From positions 13,163 to 77,162 of the forward strand of contig SXIH01000067.1 of assembly GCA_005772895.1 (NCBI GenBank): 64,000 bases of DNA. The letters run 5' to 3'. Under the pieces are notes generated by a model that was given only the letters and a program-made list of their open reading frames with translations, was not told the origin of the DNA and did no database searches. This DNA is from Bacteroidota bacterium (GTDB taxonomy: Bacteria > Bacteroidota > Bacteroidia > 2-12-FULL-35-15). Below, piece after piece: positions 46,617 to 58,102 of the stretch; position 1 is the stretch's first letter; the number at the start of each line of letters is the position of its first letter. Position numbers and translations under genes: made by a program.

Positions 46617-47264
46617 TTACTCCAACACAATCTTCTTAGTCAAAACTCTATCTCCAAACATTACTTGAACGAAATAAATCCCGCTCCGTAAGTTACCTCT
46701 GTCTATTGATAAAGTTTGTTCAGTCGTTGAAATTGTTTTTACAATTTTTCCTGTAACATCATACAACTTAATAATAGTTCCAGTATTATTTAATTCTCTT
46801 AAATCCAAATTAATTGTTGTGCTTGCAGGGTTTGGATAAATGTTGAATGAAACGTTTGAAGCAATTTCATTTATTCCAACTGTGCAAGTCATAGGATAGC
46901 TGTAAACACAAGGAGCAATAGAATCCATAGGGTCGTCATAATAAACGGTTCCTGTAAATCCTGTTGGAATACTGTCAGCAGTTGTTGGAATGGTGTGAAC
47001 TAAAGTATCACCGGCTAAATGACCGAAAAAATAAAACAGACTATTAATATTTGCAATGGTATCGCCAGCTGCATCTGTTACAACAACAATTGGGTAGTTT
47101 ACAAAAACACTGTCACCATTGTAGATTGTAACATCTAAAGTGTTATTAATCGTGTCAACGTTGTTGATGTTTAGCACACAAAAATCAGAACAAGTCATTA
47201 ATTGTGCTTTACTATTAACAGTAAATGAAAGAATGGCGATAGAAAGGAGTAATATTTTTTTCAT
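46617..47264 (-). CDS. T9SS type A sorting domain protein
   Basis: Signal peptide from MKKILL; NIYPNPAS...LYDVTGK...LRSGIYFV...KKIVLE. Confidence 0.9.
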   Translation of the reverse strand: MKKILLLSIAILSFTVNSKAQLMTCSDFCVLNINNVDTINNTLDVTIYNGDSVFVNYPIVVVTDAAGDTIANINSLFYFFGHLAGDTLVHTIPTTADSIPTGFTGTVYYDDPMDSIAPCVYSYPMTCTVGINEIASNVSFNIYPNPASTTINLDLRELNNTGTIIKLYDVTGKIVKTISTTEQTLSIDRGNLRSGIYFVQVMFGDRVLTKKIVLE

Positions 47265-47293
47265 GATTAATGATTTCAATTCTGTTGGTAAAT

Positions 47294-47338
47294 GAGATTG
47301 CCACATCACGCTAAAAAGCGTGACTCGCAATGACGTCC
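47294..47338 (-). repeat. REP-like element, gtcattgcgag...tggcaatctc family
   Basis: gagattgccac...ctcgcaatgacgtcc; related copies at 49104 and 49188. Confidence 0.8.
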
Positions 47339-47341
47339 TCT

Positions 47342-48964
<1,623 letters not shown>

Positions 48965-49013
48965 CTAAATCGGTTTCAGGTAATCCCTGACCAGAGGAAA
49001 TTTGTAGGTCATA

Positions 49014-49021
49014 CAAAAGTA
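49014..49021 (-). promoter_or_regulatory. Bacteroidota -7 element for pyrG
   Basis: TACTTTTG on the minus strand ~53 bp upstream of the ATG. Confidence 0.55.
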
Positions 49022-49103
49022 CGAAAAAAAACTGCTGGATGGAGGGTGTATTGATAATTTGTTGAAAAAAGTCTTTACTAAATCGAAGAGATAGCAATTA
49101 TTA

Positions 49104-49229
49104 GGACGTCATTGCGAGTCACGACCCGAGCATCGGGACGGGATGTGGCAATCTCTCATGAAGGAAAGATTAGCCATCATTGACGAAGAGATTGCCACAT
49201 TCCGCAAAAAAGCGGGACTCGCAATGACG
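49104..49229. repeat. Inverted REP doublet (gtcattgcgag family)
   Basis: 49104-49155 and 49188-49229 are inverted copies; the first has a cccga-gca-tcggg hairpin in its loop. Confidence 0.8.
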
Positions 49230-49273
49230 CTTTGCAATTATGATTTCGATATGAAGAAAGGTTATATGCAAAC

Positions 49274-49311
49274 AAAAAAGCTCCTTAGAGTTAAGTACTA
49301 AGGAGCTTTTT
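49274..49311. terminator. Intrinsic terminator after the TonB-dependent receptor gene
   Basis: aaaaaagctccttag...ctaaggagcttttt. Confidence 0.85.
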
Positions 49312-49329
49312 CGTAAAATAAGGGCTCGA

Positions 49330-51669
49330 CTAAAACGTCATCACCAAAGACACAGAAGGCAAGAATGGCAACTGATCCACACGTTTATAACGCACTCTGT
49401 CGAAATAAAATACGTTTTTACGGCTGTAAACATTTGTAGCACCTACAGATGCTTCAAGTTTTGTGTTTTCAAAGAAAAGGAATGTGCGTTTTATGTTAAT
49501 ATCCAAGCGGTGGTACCAGGGCAATTCTTTTACTTGTCCTTCATCAAAGAAGTAATTCAAGTCTCCTTGGCTGCTAACATAATCAGTATTGATTCCTTGA
49601 GTAAAATTTTGGTCTTCATAAAAACCACCAGTAGGTTTGAAAGGGAAGCCAGAACCTAAATTCCAACGAACATCAAACTCCCAATTTCTGTTTTTACCGA
49701 ATATGTATGAACCAACAATGTTTGCATTGTGTCTTCTGTCGAAATGTGGACGATATGTTTCAAGTCCGTCCCAACGGTTTACAAAACCTAAAGAGTAAAC
49801 CACCCATAAATAAACACGTTTATAATCGTATTTTAAAACCACATCTATACCTTGTGCTTTTCCTGTTTCAATAATAAAATCCTTTTTTAATACATCAGGA
49901 ACTGAAGTTGTACTTTCATTGTCATCAAACATTTTGTTTGAATTCAAATTGGTTAATTGCTTGAAGTCTTTACGGTAAGCCTCAATGTTCAAATCCCAGT
50001 GTCGTGCTATATCAAATTCAAATCCTGCTACATAGTGATTTGCTTTTTGTAATTTATGTTTCACGTCTTTTATTTCTCCGTTTTCAGCAGTATATTCTTC
50101 AGGTAAGTTGTCGGGACCGGAAAGGAAGCCATAAAATAAATTCACAACATCTCTTTCTGAGCTGGCAGCAATTAGGTTTTGTGAATACATGCCGGCAGCG
50201 AATTTGAAACGTAAACGTGGAATAATGTTCCATTTTAAACCTATACGTGGTTCAGGAGAAAAGTTTGCCAAAGAAGCATAATACATTGCTCTGAAGCTAG
50301 GCTCCAATAATAATTTTTTCTTTTTGGAAACGAATTTATATTTTACATATCCGCCAATTTCAGTTGTGCTCTCAGCTTGTGAAATGTGACGATTAGAAGG
50401 GTTGTAGAAATCGAAATCCGTTCTGAAACCCAATACTTCCAAACCATAATTAATCTCATTTTTACCCATAAAGTAAGTAAAACCAACACCCATGTTGAAA
50501 CCTTTGATGGCGCTTGTTTTAAGTGAATCGCTTTGTGGCTTTAACTTGATTTTATATTGTGAATAAGCAAAGTTACCTGTAATTAAAATCGGAGAATTTT
50601 GTGGAACCAATAAAAAATTACCGCCACCACCATAAGAATCCCAGCTCATATCCTGAACCGATTTGTAACTTACTTTATCATTAAAATTAAATCCGAAAAG
50701 GTTTAATTTACTACCGTTGTTAGCATTGAAAGATACTTTTCCATAATAATCGTTAAAGCTGAAAGGTAGTCCAGCCGTATCTACATAACTATAAAACAAT
50801 TTTGAAGTAGTTGGTAAATAAGATGTTTTTGCTGAAAGAATAAAGGAAGCTGTTGCTTTTGAATCCTCTGTTTGTTTAATCAATGGACCTTCAGCTAAAA
50901 CTTTTGCTCCAAACGGACTAACAGCTATTTTACCTGCTACTCTGCGTTTGTTTCCATCTCGTGTTGTAATATCCATAATGGAAGAAATTCTGCCACCATA
51001 TTCAGCTCCAAATCCACCACTATATACATCCGCGTTACGGATAATATCGGCATCAAACACAGAAAACAGACCAATAGAGTGGAAGGGATTGTATACAATC
51101 ATACCATCTAATAAAACTTTGTTTTGTATAGGCGAACCACCTCTGATGTATAATTGTCCACCCTGGTCACCCGTAAAAATTACACCAGGTAATACCTGTA
51201 AGTATTGCGCTAAATCAGGCTCACCTCCAACTGAAGGGAGTTTTTTGATAGTGATTGGGTCAATTTTATTAACGGATACTTGTGTTTCGGTTTGTTTTGC
51301 TTCTTGTTCTGCGGAAATTTCAATTACTTTCAATTTTACATCCGACTTAGTGATGTATAATTTTTTGGTTAGAATTTCTCCGGCTTTTACAGTTACATTT
51401 TCCATCAAACTATCATAGCCCATAGAAGAAGCTATCATAATTGTATAGTTTCCCGCAGGAATTTGAGTGATAGAGAAGTATCCATTTACATCAGTAGCAT
51501 TTCCAATAGTTGTTCCTTTTAAAATAACGTTGGTAAACAAAACCGGTTCACCTGAATCTTTCAAATAAACAAATCCACGGATAGTTCCAACTTGAGCAAA
51601 AGCGCCTATTGAAAAAAGGATAAAAAACGCAAAAAATAATCTTTTAATAGTTAAAGTTGGGGTACTCAT
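49330..51669 (-). CDS. TonB-dependent receptor with carboxypeptidase-regulatory-like N-domain
   Basis: LQVLPGV...LYIRGG..QNKVLLDG..VYNPFH, GGFGAEYGGRISS plug motifs; YHRLD; terminal Phe. Confidence 0.93.
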   Translation of the reverse strand: MSTPTLTIKRLFFAFFILFSIGAFAQVGTIRGFVYLKDSGEPVLFTNVILKGTTIGNATDVNGYFSITQIPAGNYTIMIASSMGYDSLMENVTVKAGEILTKKLYITKSDVKLKVIEISAEQEAKQTETQVSVNKIDPITIKKLPSVGGEPDLAQYLQVLPGVIFTGDQGGQLYIRGGSPIQNKVLLDGMIVYNPFHSIGLFSVFDADIIRNADVYSGGFGAEYGGRISSIMDITTRDGNKRRVAGKIAVSPFGAKVLAEGPLIKQTEDSKATASFILSAKTSYLPTTSKLFYSYVDTAGLPFSFNDYYGKVSFNANNGSKLNLFGFNFNDKVSYKSVQDMSWDSYGGGGNFLLVPQNSPILITGNFAYSQYKIKLKPQSDSLKTSAIKGFNMGVGFTYFMGKNEINYGLEVLGFRTDFDFYNPSNRHISQAESTTEIGGYVKYKFVSKKKKLLLEPSFRAMYYASLANFSPEPRIGLKWNIIPRLRFKFAAGMYSQNLIAASSERDVVNLFYGFLSGPDNLPEEYTAENGEIKDVKHKLQKANHYVAGFEFDIARHWDLNIEAYRKDFKQLTNLNSNKMFDDNESTTSVPDVLKKDFIIETGKAQGIDVVLKYDYKRVYLWVVYSLGFVNRWDGLETYRPHFDRRHNANIVGSYIFGKNRNWEFDVRWNLGSGFPFKPTGGFYEDQNFTQGINTDYVSSQGDLNYFFDEGQVKELPWYHRLDINIKRTFLFFENTKLEASVGATNVYSRKNVFYFDRVRYKRVDQLPFLPSVSLVMTF

Positions 51670-51825
51670 ATTTTGTAGCAATTTATTAAATAATACCTCT
51701 TTTTTAAGGTGTGTAAATGTAATAATTTATTGCATTAAAAAGGGGGTAATTTTCCAGAAAGCAATTTCTTACAGATAATCGGTGGTTTTTTGGGGATAAA
51801 TGGTATTTGTCGTTTAATAGCTTTG

Positions 51826-51889
51826 TTCTCGACTCCGCTCGAACTGACAGCAGAATGCTCTTGTATGTCATTTCGAGCGGAGTCGAGAA
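51826..51889. repeat. Inverted REP doublet (tgtcatttcgagcggagtcgagaa)
   Basis: 51826-51849 and 51866-51889 are near-perfect 24-bp inverted arms. Confidence 0.85.
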
Positions 51890-51930
51890 ACGGCATCTCC
51901 TAGTTAATGGCTATTCTCTTTCTAATCAGT

Positions 51931-51974
51931 AGATCCCGTGTTGCGGCACGGTCCCGATAGCTATCGGGAGACAG
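51931..51974 (-). repeat. REP-like element containing a nested perfect palindrome tcccgatagctatcggga
   Basis: Reverse complement matches 37608-37636 except for the 18-bp palindrome and a few substitutions. Confidence 0.75.
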
Positions 51975-52016
51975 TTAGTTTTTGGAGGAATGTTTCGTAA
52001 AAATTTGGAGGTCTTG

Positions 52017-54395
52017 TTAAAACTCAATTTTATACCCAAAATATGGAAATAAGCCCAACTGATATTCTTGTTGAATTTTTTGGAGAACAGGATCGTAGGA
52101 TTCTCTTAAAATGTTTTTTGTGTCAAAAATATTTTCGACCACTAAAAAAATACTTTGAGAAGTTTTTTTACGATTGGTTTTATAAGAAACTTTAATATCG
52201 AATCGGGAATAATCTTTTAATTGTTTTGAAAATGCTTCTTCGTCAATATAAACCGCATCACCATATATTTTTGATTTTTCTATATCAATTGGAGTATATC
52301 TGTTTCCGCCTGCTTGTGTAAATTTTAAATCGATAGAAAATGCTTTGTTTTTATTTTTTCCTAATGTGAATTCATAACCAGCCAAAGCATTTAATACATA
52401 GCCGCCATCATAACTGGTGTGATGTTCAACACCATTGCTGCCTTTGTATTTTGATTCATAAACAGAAATTGTAGCGAGATAATAAAAATGTTTATTGAAA
52501 AATTTTTCGAAAGTAAATTCTACACCGATATTTTCTCCATCTCCTTTGTTCTCTAAACTATCCACCAATGGAATCCCTTCTAAAGCATTGCCGACATTAA
52601 TCATTGAGAATGAAGACTGATAATTTTTTTGAACTGGGACATTGTAAACATATTGATAATACCCTTCCAACTTTAAACGATAATCTTGTGCAAAATTAAA
52701 ATCGTAAGATAAAATCGCGTGTTGACTTTTAGATAAATCCAAATTACGATTGCTTATAAAATAACTGTCGGTTGCAGGAAGGTATGTTTCGTAAAAATAA
52801 TAAATGGTAGGTTGCATCTGGCTGTGCATTCCGTATCCTAAACTAATAGTCTGCTTTTTACTTACTTGAAAACGTAATCCTAAACGCGGCTCAATTGCAG
52901 AAGTGTTATTCAATAAAAAATTCTGATAATGTACTCCGCTGTTGATGGTGATTTTGTCTGTTGGCCTGAATTGCCAGTGCGCAAAGCCTTGCACTAAATT
53001 GGCTGTTGAGCTTTTTACATTTAAATCGTAAATGTATTTTGCATATTGATTGGAATAGGAAAACGATTCTGCATCAAAATAAATGGTTTGGTAAGTTGCT
53101 CCAATTTTAATTAAATGTTTTGCATTAATTTTTTTTGAAACTGTATAGTTGGCAATAAAATTTGCTTCGGTAGATTTGTTTTTTCTATCTAAAAAAGAAG
53201 ATTGATCAACAGGAGAAATGGTGTCAACAAAAGCATCCAAATCAGTTCCCGAAACCGATAAAGATAATTTTCCGGATGTTTTAGTATTGAAAAAATACAA
53301 ATGTGAAACGCCTGTTGCGCCCATGCTTGTTCCGAAAACCAAATCCTGTCCGCCAGTGATGTACGACCAGTCCGTTGATTTTCTGTCGCTGTCCAATAAA
53401 GTCAATTTACTTTTTCCTCCAATCCCCCAAAGTGTAAATATTCCTGCTTTTTTAGTTGGGACATTTACTTTATAAGAAATATCCTGGTATTCAGGACTGG
53501 CAGAAACGCCAAACCGAATTCCCAGTTTGTTAAACACTTCCAATGTGGAATAACGATAATTAATCAAATAAGAGCTTCCATTCTTTTTGGAGATTGGCCC
53601 TTCAGCACCCAACTCAATTCCGTTTATTCCTAATGAACCGGTATATTCATTTTGTTCGTTGTTTCCGTTTCTCAATTTAATATCAAAAACTGCAGCAGTT
53701 TTGTTTCCATACTCAGCAGGAAAAGCTCCGGTTAAAAAATCTGAGTTGCCTAAAATGTTATTGTTAAGCATGCTGATTGGTCCGCCCGTAGCGCCTTGTG
53801 CCGAAAAATGATTAGGGTTTGGAATATCAATTCCTTCCATTCTCCATAATACTCCTAGTGGAGAATTTCCCCTTACAATAATGTCGTTGCGTGCATCATT
53901 TCCAGAAGAAACACCTGCATAGTTGGCCACCATTTTACTTGGATCTCCTCTGCTTCCTGCATATCTTCCGGTTTCTTCCGCTAAAAAATTTCTGGATGAA
54001 ACGGTTACTAAATCGTTGTTCGCTTTTGTTTTATCTTTTTCTGCAACAATTTCTATTGCTTCGGAAGTGTATACTTTTTCTCTTAACTCAATTGTTAAAA
54101 CCACCTCTTTCCCGGATGTGACAATGATGTTGTTTATAAAAGTTTCTTCATAACCAATTGACGTCACTTTTAAAGCCCTTCTTCCAACCGGAATTTTATC
54201 CAACCTAAATTTCCCATCTACATCGGTTGTAGAACCTATTAAGGTGTCGCTGTTTAATAATATAACATTTGCACCAAATAAAATAGATTTGGAATCAGCA
54301 TCAATCACTTTTCCACGAATGGTTTGTGTATAGGTTTGCGCCTTTACAGAGATTAAAGAAAATAGAAGTATAACTAATAAGAGTGGTTTGTTCAC
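52017..54395 (-). CDS. TonB-dependent receptor
   Basis: TQTIRGKVID, RNDIIVRGNSP.GVLWRMEG..IPNPNHF and GAFPAEYGN motifs; ends YKIEF; GTG start. Confidence 0.93.
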   Translation of the reverse strand: MNKPLLLVILLFSLISVKAQTYTQTIRGKVIDADSKSILFGANVILLNSDTLIGSTTDVDGKFRLDKIPVGRRALKVTSIGYEETFINNIIVTSGKEVVLTIELREKVYTSEAIEIVAEKDKTKANNDLVTVSSRNFLAEETGRYAGSRGDPSKMVANYAGVSSGNDARNDIIVRGNSPLGVLWRMEGIDIPNPNHFSAQGATGGPISMLNNNILGNSDFLTGAFPAEYGNKTAAVFDIKLRNGNNEQNEYTGSLGINGIELGAEGPISKKNGSSYLINYRYSTLEVFNKLGIRFGVSASPEYQDISYKVNVPTKKAGIFTLWGIGGKSKLTLLDSDRKSTDWSYITGGQDLVFGTSMGATGVSHLYFFNTKTSGKLSLSVSGTDLDAFVDTISPVDQSSFLDRKNKSTEANFIANYTVSKKINAKHLIKIGATYQTIYFDAESFSYSNQYAKYIYDLNVKSSTANLVQGFAHWQFRPTDKITINSGVHYQNFLLNNTSAIEPRLGLRFQVSKKQTISLGYGMHSQMQPTIYYFYETYLPATDSYFISNRNLDLSKSQHAILSYDFNFAQDYRLKLEGYYQYVYNVPVQKNYQSSFSMINVGNALEGIPLVDSLENKGDGENIGVEFTFEKFFNKHFYYLATISVYESKYKGSNGVEHHTSYDGGYVLNALAGYEFTLGKNKNKAFSIDLKFTQAGGNRYTPIDIEKSKIYGDAVYIDEEAFSKQLKDYSRFDIKVSYKTNRKKTSQSIFLVVENIFDTKNILRESYDPVLQKIQQEYQLGLFPYFGYKIEF

Positions 54396-54468
54396 ACTAC
54401 AAAAGTAGATTTTTAATTGAACATTTTCGAATTTCAGATTTCAAATTTCAGATTGTGCTGTCGTTATT

Positions 54469-54787
54469 TCGTCCCTACGGGACTTTGTATTTGGGAGGGT
54501 AAATATTACTACCGATATTTAGTCCCTACGGGACGAAAAATTTTGCGATATAATCCCGTAGGGATTAAATATCGGTAAAAAAGAAAGGTTAGTACGATTT
54601 TAAAAGTGCCAATGGGACGAAAAATCTTGCGGTATAATCCCGTAGGGATGAGATATCGGTAAAAAAGAAAGGTTAATACGATTTTAAAAGTGCCAATGGG
54701 ACGAAAAATTTTTGCGATATAATCCCGTAGGGATTAAATATCGGTAGAAAACAATGACACGAAGTTTTTAAAGTCCCGTAGGGACGA
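54469..54787. repeat. Cluster of GTAG-type palindromic units: one inverted plus three tandem copies, period ~84 bp
   Basis: gggacga at 54530, 54614, 54698 and 54781; core (a/g)tcccgtagggac/t and taaatatcggta. Confidence 0.9.
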
Positions 54788-54809
54788 TATTATTTCCTAA
54801 TTTTACAAC

Positions 54810-55586
54810 ATGGAAAAACAACCATCCTTTTTCGGTCAATTCGGGCTCGCAATTAAAAGCTATGGAAAAGCTATTTCCTTTTTTTTTGAAAAAGGGTTGT
54901 GGATGTATTTTATATACACCATTGCAATTGGTTGTCTGTTAACTTTTGGAGGAATGCAATTGTTGCATGCTTTGGCAGATTGGATAAAAGAATGGGTGAT
55001 GTCCTATGTTAATGTGGATTCGGATGATGGTTTTTTTAGTTTTTTAGGTACTGCTCTGAATGTGTTGTTGGCAGTTGGGTTGAAGATTTTATTCTTTTTT
55101 GTTTTCTCTACTTTTAGTAAATACATTTTGCTCATTTTGATGTCGCCAATCATGGCTTTGATTTCAGAGAGAACAGAAGAAATAATAACAGGAAAGATTT
55201 ACCCTTTTCATTTTGGTCAATTTATAAAAGACATTGGACGAGGTGTTGTTATTGCATTGCGTAATATGTGTATAGAGTTTAGTTTTATTTTCCTTGGCTT
55301 TTTCATCATGTGGATTCCTGTTATTGGTTGGGCTTATGCATTGTTCCTGATCATTGTTTCCTATTATTTTTATGGATTTTCCATGATTGATTATGTAAGT
55401 GAAAGAAGAAAAATGGGAATTTCTCAAAGTACTTCTTATGTTCGTAAACACAAAGGTTTGGCAATAGGCAATGGTTTTATTTTTTCATTAATATTTGCAA
55501 TTCCATTCATTGGAGCGATAATAGCTGCTGTAATTGCTCCGGTGGCTGCTTGTATAGCTGTTATGGATGTTGACTCCCGAAAATAA
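54810..55586 (+). CDS. EI24/CysZ-like membrane protein
   Basis: KYILLILMSP....SERTE, RG..IALRN and YGFSMIDY..ER motifs. Confidence 0.85.
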   Translation: MEKQPSFFGQFGLAIKSYGKAISFFFEKGLWMYFIYTIAIGCLLTFGGMQLLHALADWIKEWVMSYVNVDSDDGFFSFLGTALNVLLAVGLKILFFFVFSTFSKYILLILMSPIMALISERTEEIITGKIYPFHFGQFIKDIGRGVVIALRNMCIEFSFIFLGFFIMWIPVIGWAYALFLIIVSYYFYGFSMIDYVSERRKMGISQSTSYVRKHKGLAIGNGFIFSLIFAIPFIGAIIAAVIAPVAACIAVMDVDSRK

Positions 55587-55589
55587 ATT

Positions 55590-56345
55590 ATGCAAAAAAT
55601 AAAAATATCTGTAGTTTCTTATTTGAATTCCAAACCTTTTATTGCTGGACTTAGTCAATCAGAAATAGTTGATAAAATAGATTTGCAATTGGACATTCCA
55701 TCCGTTTGCGCTCAAAAATTATTGGATGGAAAAGTGGATATTGGGTTGATTCCTGTGGCAGTGATTCCAAAATTGAAAGAAAAATATATTATCAGTAATT
55801 ATTGTATAGGTGCAGTTGGGAAAGTTGCTTCGGTAATGTTGTATAGTGAAGTTCCTTTGGAAAAAATCACTGAAGTTTTATTGGATTACCAATCCCGCAC
55901 ATCTGTTTCTTTAGTAAAAGTGTTGGCACAAAAATTTTGGAAAGTTTCACCAAAATGGATAGCAGCAAATGAAAATTTTGAAACCGAAATTAAAGAAACA
56001 ACTGCTGCAGTAATTATCGGAGACCGAACTTTTGGTTTAGAGAATAAGTATAAATTCAGTTACGATTTAGCAGAGGAATGGCAAAAATTTACCAGCTTGC
56101 CATTTGTTTTTGCCTGCTGGGTTTCCAACAAACAATTGCCCGAGACTTTCATTACTGAATTTAATGCTGCATTGAAAAGAGGCTTGAATAATCGCTCCGA
56201 ATTGATAATTGAGCTTCAAAAAAGCAATAAGTACGCAACAAATGTCGATACTTACCTCAATCAAAACATCGACTACGACTACGATTCAGCCAAAAAAGAA
56301 GGTTTGGAACTATTTTTGTCTTATCAGGCAAATCTTGAGCAATAA
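55590..56345 (+). CDS. mqnA: Chorismate dehydratase (futalosine menaquinone pathway)
   Basis: VSYLNSKPF, V.SVML, SRTSV.L, IIGDR and YDLAEEW..FTSLPFVFA.W motifs. Confidence 0.92.
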   Translation: MQKIKISVVSYLNSKPFIAGLSQSEIVDKIDLQLDIPSVCAQKLLDGKVDIGLIPVAVIPKLKEKYIISNYCIGAVGKVASVMLYSEVPLEKITEVLLDYQSRTSVSLVKVLAQKFWKVSPKWIAANENFETEIKETTAAVIIGDRTFGLENKYKFSYDLAEEWQKFTSLPFVFACWVSNKQLPETFITEFNAALKRGLNNRSELIIELQKSNKYATNVDTYLNQNIDYDYDSAKKEGLELFLSYQANLEQ

Positions 56346-56381
56346 TTTTTTATATTTACAATTCAAATCAAAAATTTTCAT

Positions 56382-58040
56382 ATGAAAAAGGTCATGTATT
56401 TGTTGGTGTTTTCTGTGTTCATTTTCGGAGCTATTTCTGCCCAGGAAAAAACAACAGAAAACAAAGAAAATAAACAGAATATTTTAGATAAAGGTGGTGA
56501 TGTTGCCAAAATGGTTCTTGCTGAACAGAAGTTTTATGCAATGGATTATAAAGGAGCTTTAGATATTTATAAAGATGTGTTGGCGAATAAACCGACTGAC
56601 GCGAATGTTATTTTCCACATAGCTGAATGTCATTATGAATTAAAGCAAATGAAAGAGGCCCGCGAAAATGCTGAAAAAGCAAAAAGTATTGACCCTAAAG
56701 CAAATGTTTATAATTCACTTTTATTAGGAAAGATTTATCAGTTGGAAGATATGAAAGACGAGGCTTTAGCTGAATTTAATGCATTTAAAGCGAATATAGG
56801 AAGTGCAAAAAAAATTACTGAAAGTGATGTTGACAGATATATTTTACAGGTGAATACAGCAAAAGAATTAATGGCTGCTCCAATTGATGTGAAAGTGGAA
56901 AATATGGGCGATGTAATTAACTCCGAATTTGAAGACAAAGCGCCAATGGTAAGTGCAGATGGAAAAACAATGATCTTTACTTCACAGCGTCCCGGAAAAT
57001 CAAGTGCAGTAAATCCTGATGATGGAATGTATTTTGAAGATATTTATATTTCACGTTGGGACACACTTAAAAAAATGTGGAGCGATGCTGAATTGATTCC
57101 GGGTTCATTGAATACGGAAGGACAAGATGCAGCTACCAGTATTTCTCCTGATGGAAAACAAATTTTTCTTTTCAAAAACGATATAGAAGCAGAATCAAGA
57201 GGTGGAGATATTTATGTTTCCCGTTTGAGTTCTTCCGGAAAATGGGGAGCGCCAAAATCTATGGGTAAACCAATCAACACTACTTATGCTGAATTAGGAG
57301 CTTGCAGTTCACCGGACGGAAAAACAATTTATTTTGTGAGTGAGCGTCAAGGTGGATTAGGAAATGCTGACATCTGGATGGTGAAACGCAAAACACGTAC
57401 TGAGTGGGAAAAACCTGTGAATCTTGGAGATGTTGTGAATACAGTGGAAGATGATGCCGGAATATTTTTAGCTCCTGATGGTAAAACATTGTTCTTTACT
57501 TCAAAAGGACATAATTCAATGGGTGGATATGATATGTTTAAAACAACTTTGGAAAATGGGAAATGGACAACTCCTGTGAATTTAGGATTTCCTATCAATA
57601 CTATTTACAATGATTTTTGTTTTAGTTTATCTATCGATGCTCAAACAGGATATTTCGCAAGTAACAGAAAGGGCGGCTTAGGAGGAAGAGATGTTTACAA
57701 AGTTGATTTAACAAACTATCCGGTTCTTGAAAAAGATATGAAGAAAAAAGTGGAAGGCGGACCGGTAATGGCAATTTTAAAAGGAGATATTTTTGATGCA
57801 ACTGCAGGAGCGGGAATGGAAGCAGAGTTGATTGTGTATGATGAAACGGGAGCGAAAGTTGGAAGCACTACTTCAAGTGAAGGCAGTGGTGAGTATTTCT
57901 TAACACTTTTAGCAGGGAAAACATATCAGGTAAAAATTGAAGTAAAAGGATTTAAACCTATTGATGAAAAGGTAGAGATTATTGCTGCTAAAGAAGGAGC
58001 AACTACTGTTGTAAAACATTATTTGTTGTATAAGAACTAG
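56382..58040 (+). CDS. TPR + PD40 repeat protein with C-terminal beta-sandwich (PorE-like, no OmpA domain)
   Basis: TPR helices; repeated S.DGK.(M/I/L)(I/Y/F)F.S.R and P.NLG..INT motifs. Confidence 0.88.
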   Translation: MKKVMYLLVFSVFIFGAISAQEKTTENKENKQNILDKGGDVAKMVLAEQKFYAMDYKGALDIYKDVLANKPTDANVIFHIAECHYELKQMKEARENAEKAKSIDPKANVYNSLLLGKIYQLEDMKDEALAEFNAFKANIGSAKKITESDVDRYILQVNTAKELMAAPIDVKVENMGDVINSEFEDKAPMVSADGKTMIFTSQRPGKSSAVNPDDGMYFEDIYISRWDTLKKMWSDAELIPGSLNTEGQDAATSISPDGKQIFLFKNDIEAESRGGDIYVSRLSSSGKWGAPKSMGKPINTTYAELGACSSPDGKTIYFVSERQGGLGNADIWMVKRKTRTEWEKPVNLGDVVNTVEDDAGIFLAPDGKTLFFTSKGHNSMGGYDMFKTTLENGKWTTPVNLGFPINTIYNDFCFSLSIDAQTGYFASNRKGGLGGRDVYKVDLTNYPVLEKDMKKKVEGGPVMAILKGDIFDATAGAGMEAELIVYDETGAKVGSTTSSEGSGEYFLTLLAGKTYQVKIEVKGFKPIDEKVEIIAAKEGATTVVKHYLLYKN

Positions 58041-58072
58041 CTCTTCGACTCAGACCGAAATGATAATATATG

Positions 58073-58102
58073 AAAAGCCATCACGAAAGTGTTGGCTTTT
58101 TT
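58073..58102. terminator. Bidirectional intrinsic terminator
   Basis: aaaagcca-tcac-gaaa-gtgt-tggctttttt between convergent genes. Confidence 0.8.

Noticed and set aside
54469..54787. CRISPR array
   Set aside because: Units are internally bipartite and in mixed orientation, two spacers are near-identical, and there are no cas genes; it fits a REP/BIME-like cluster better.
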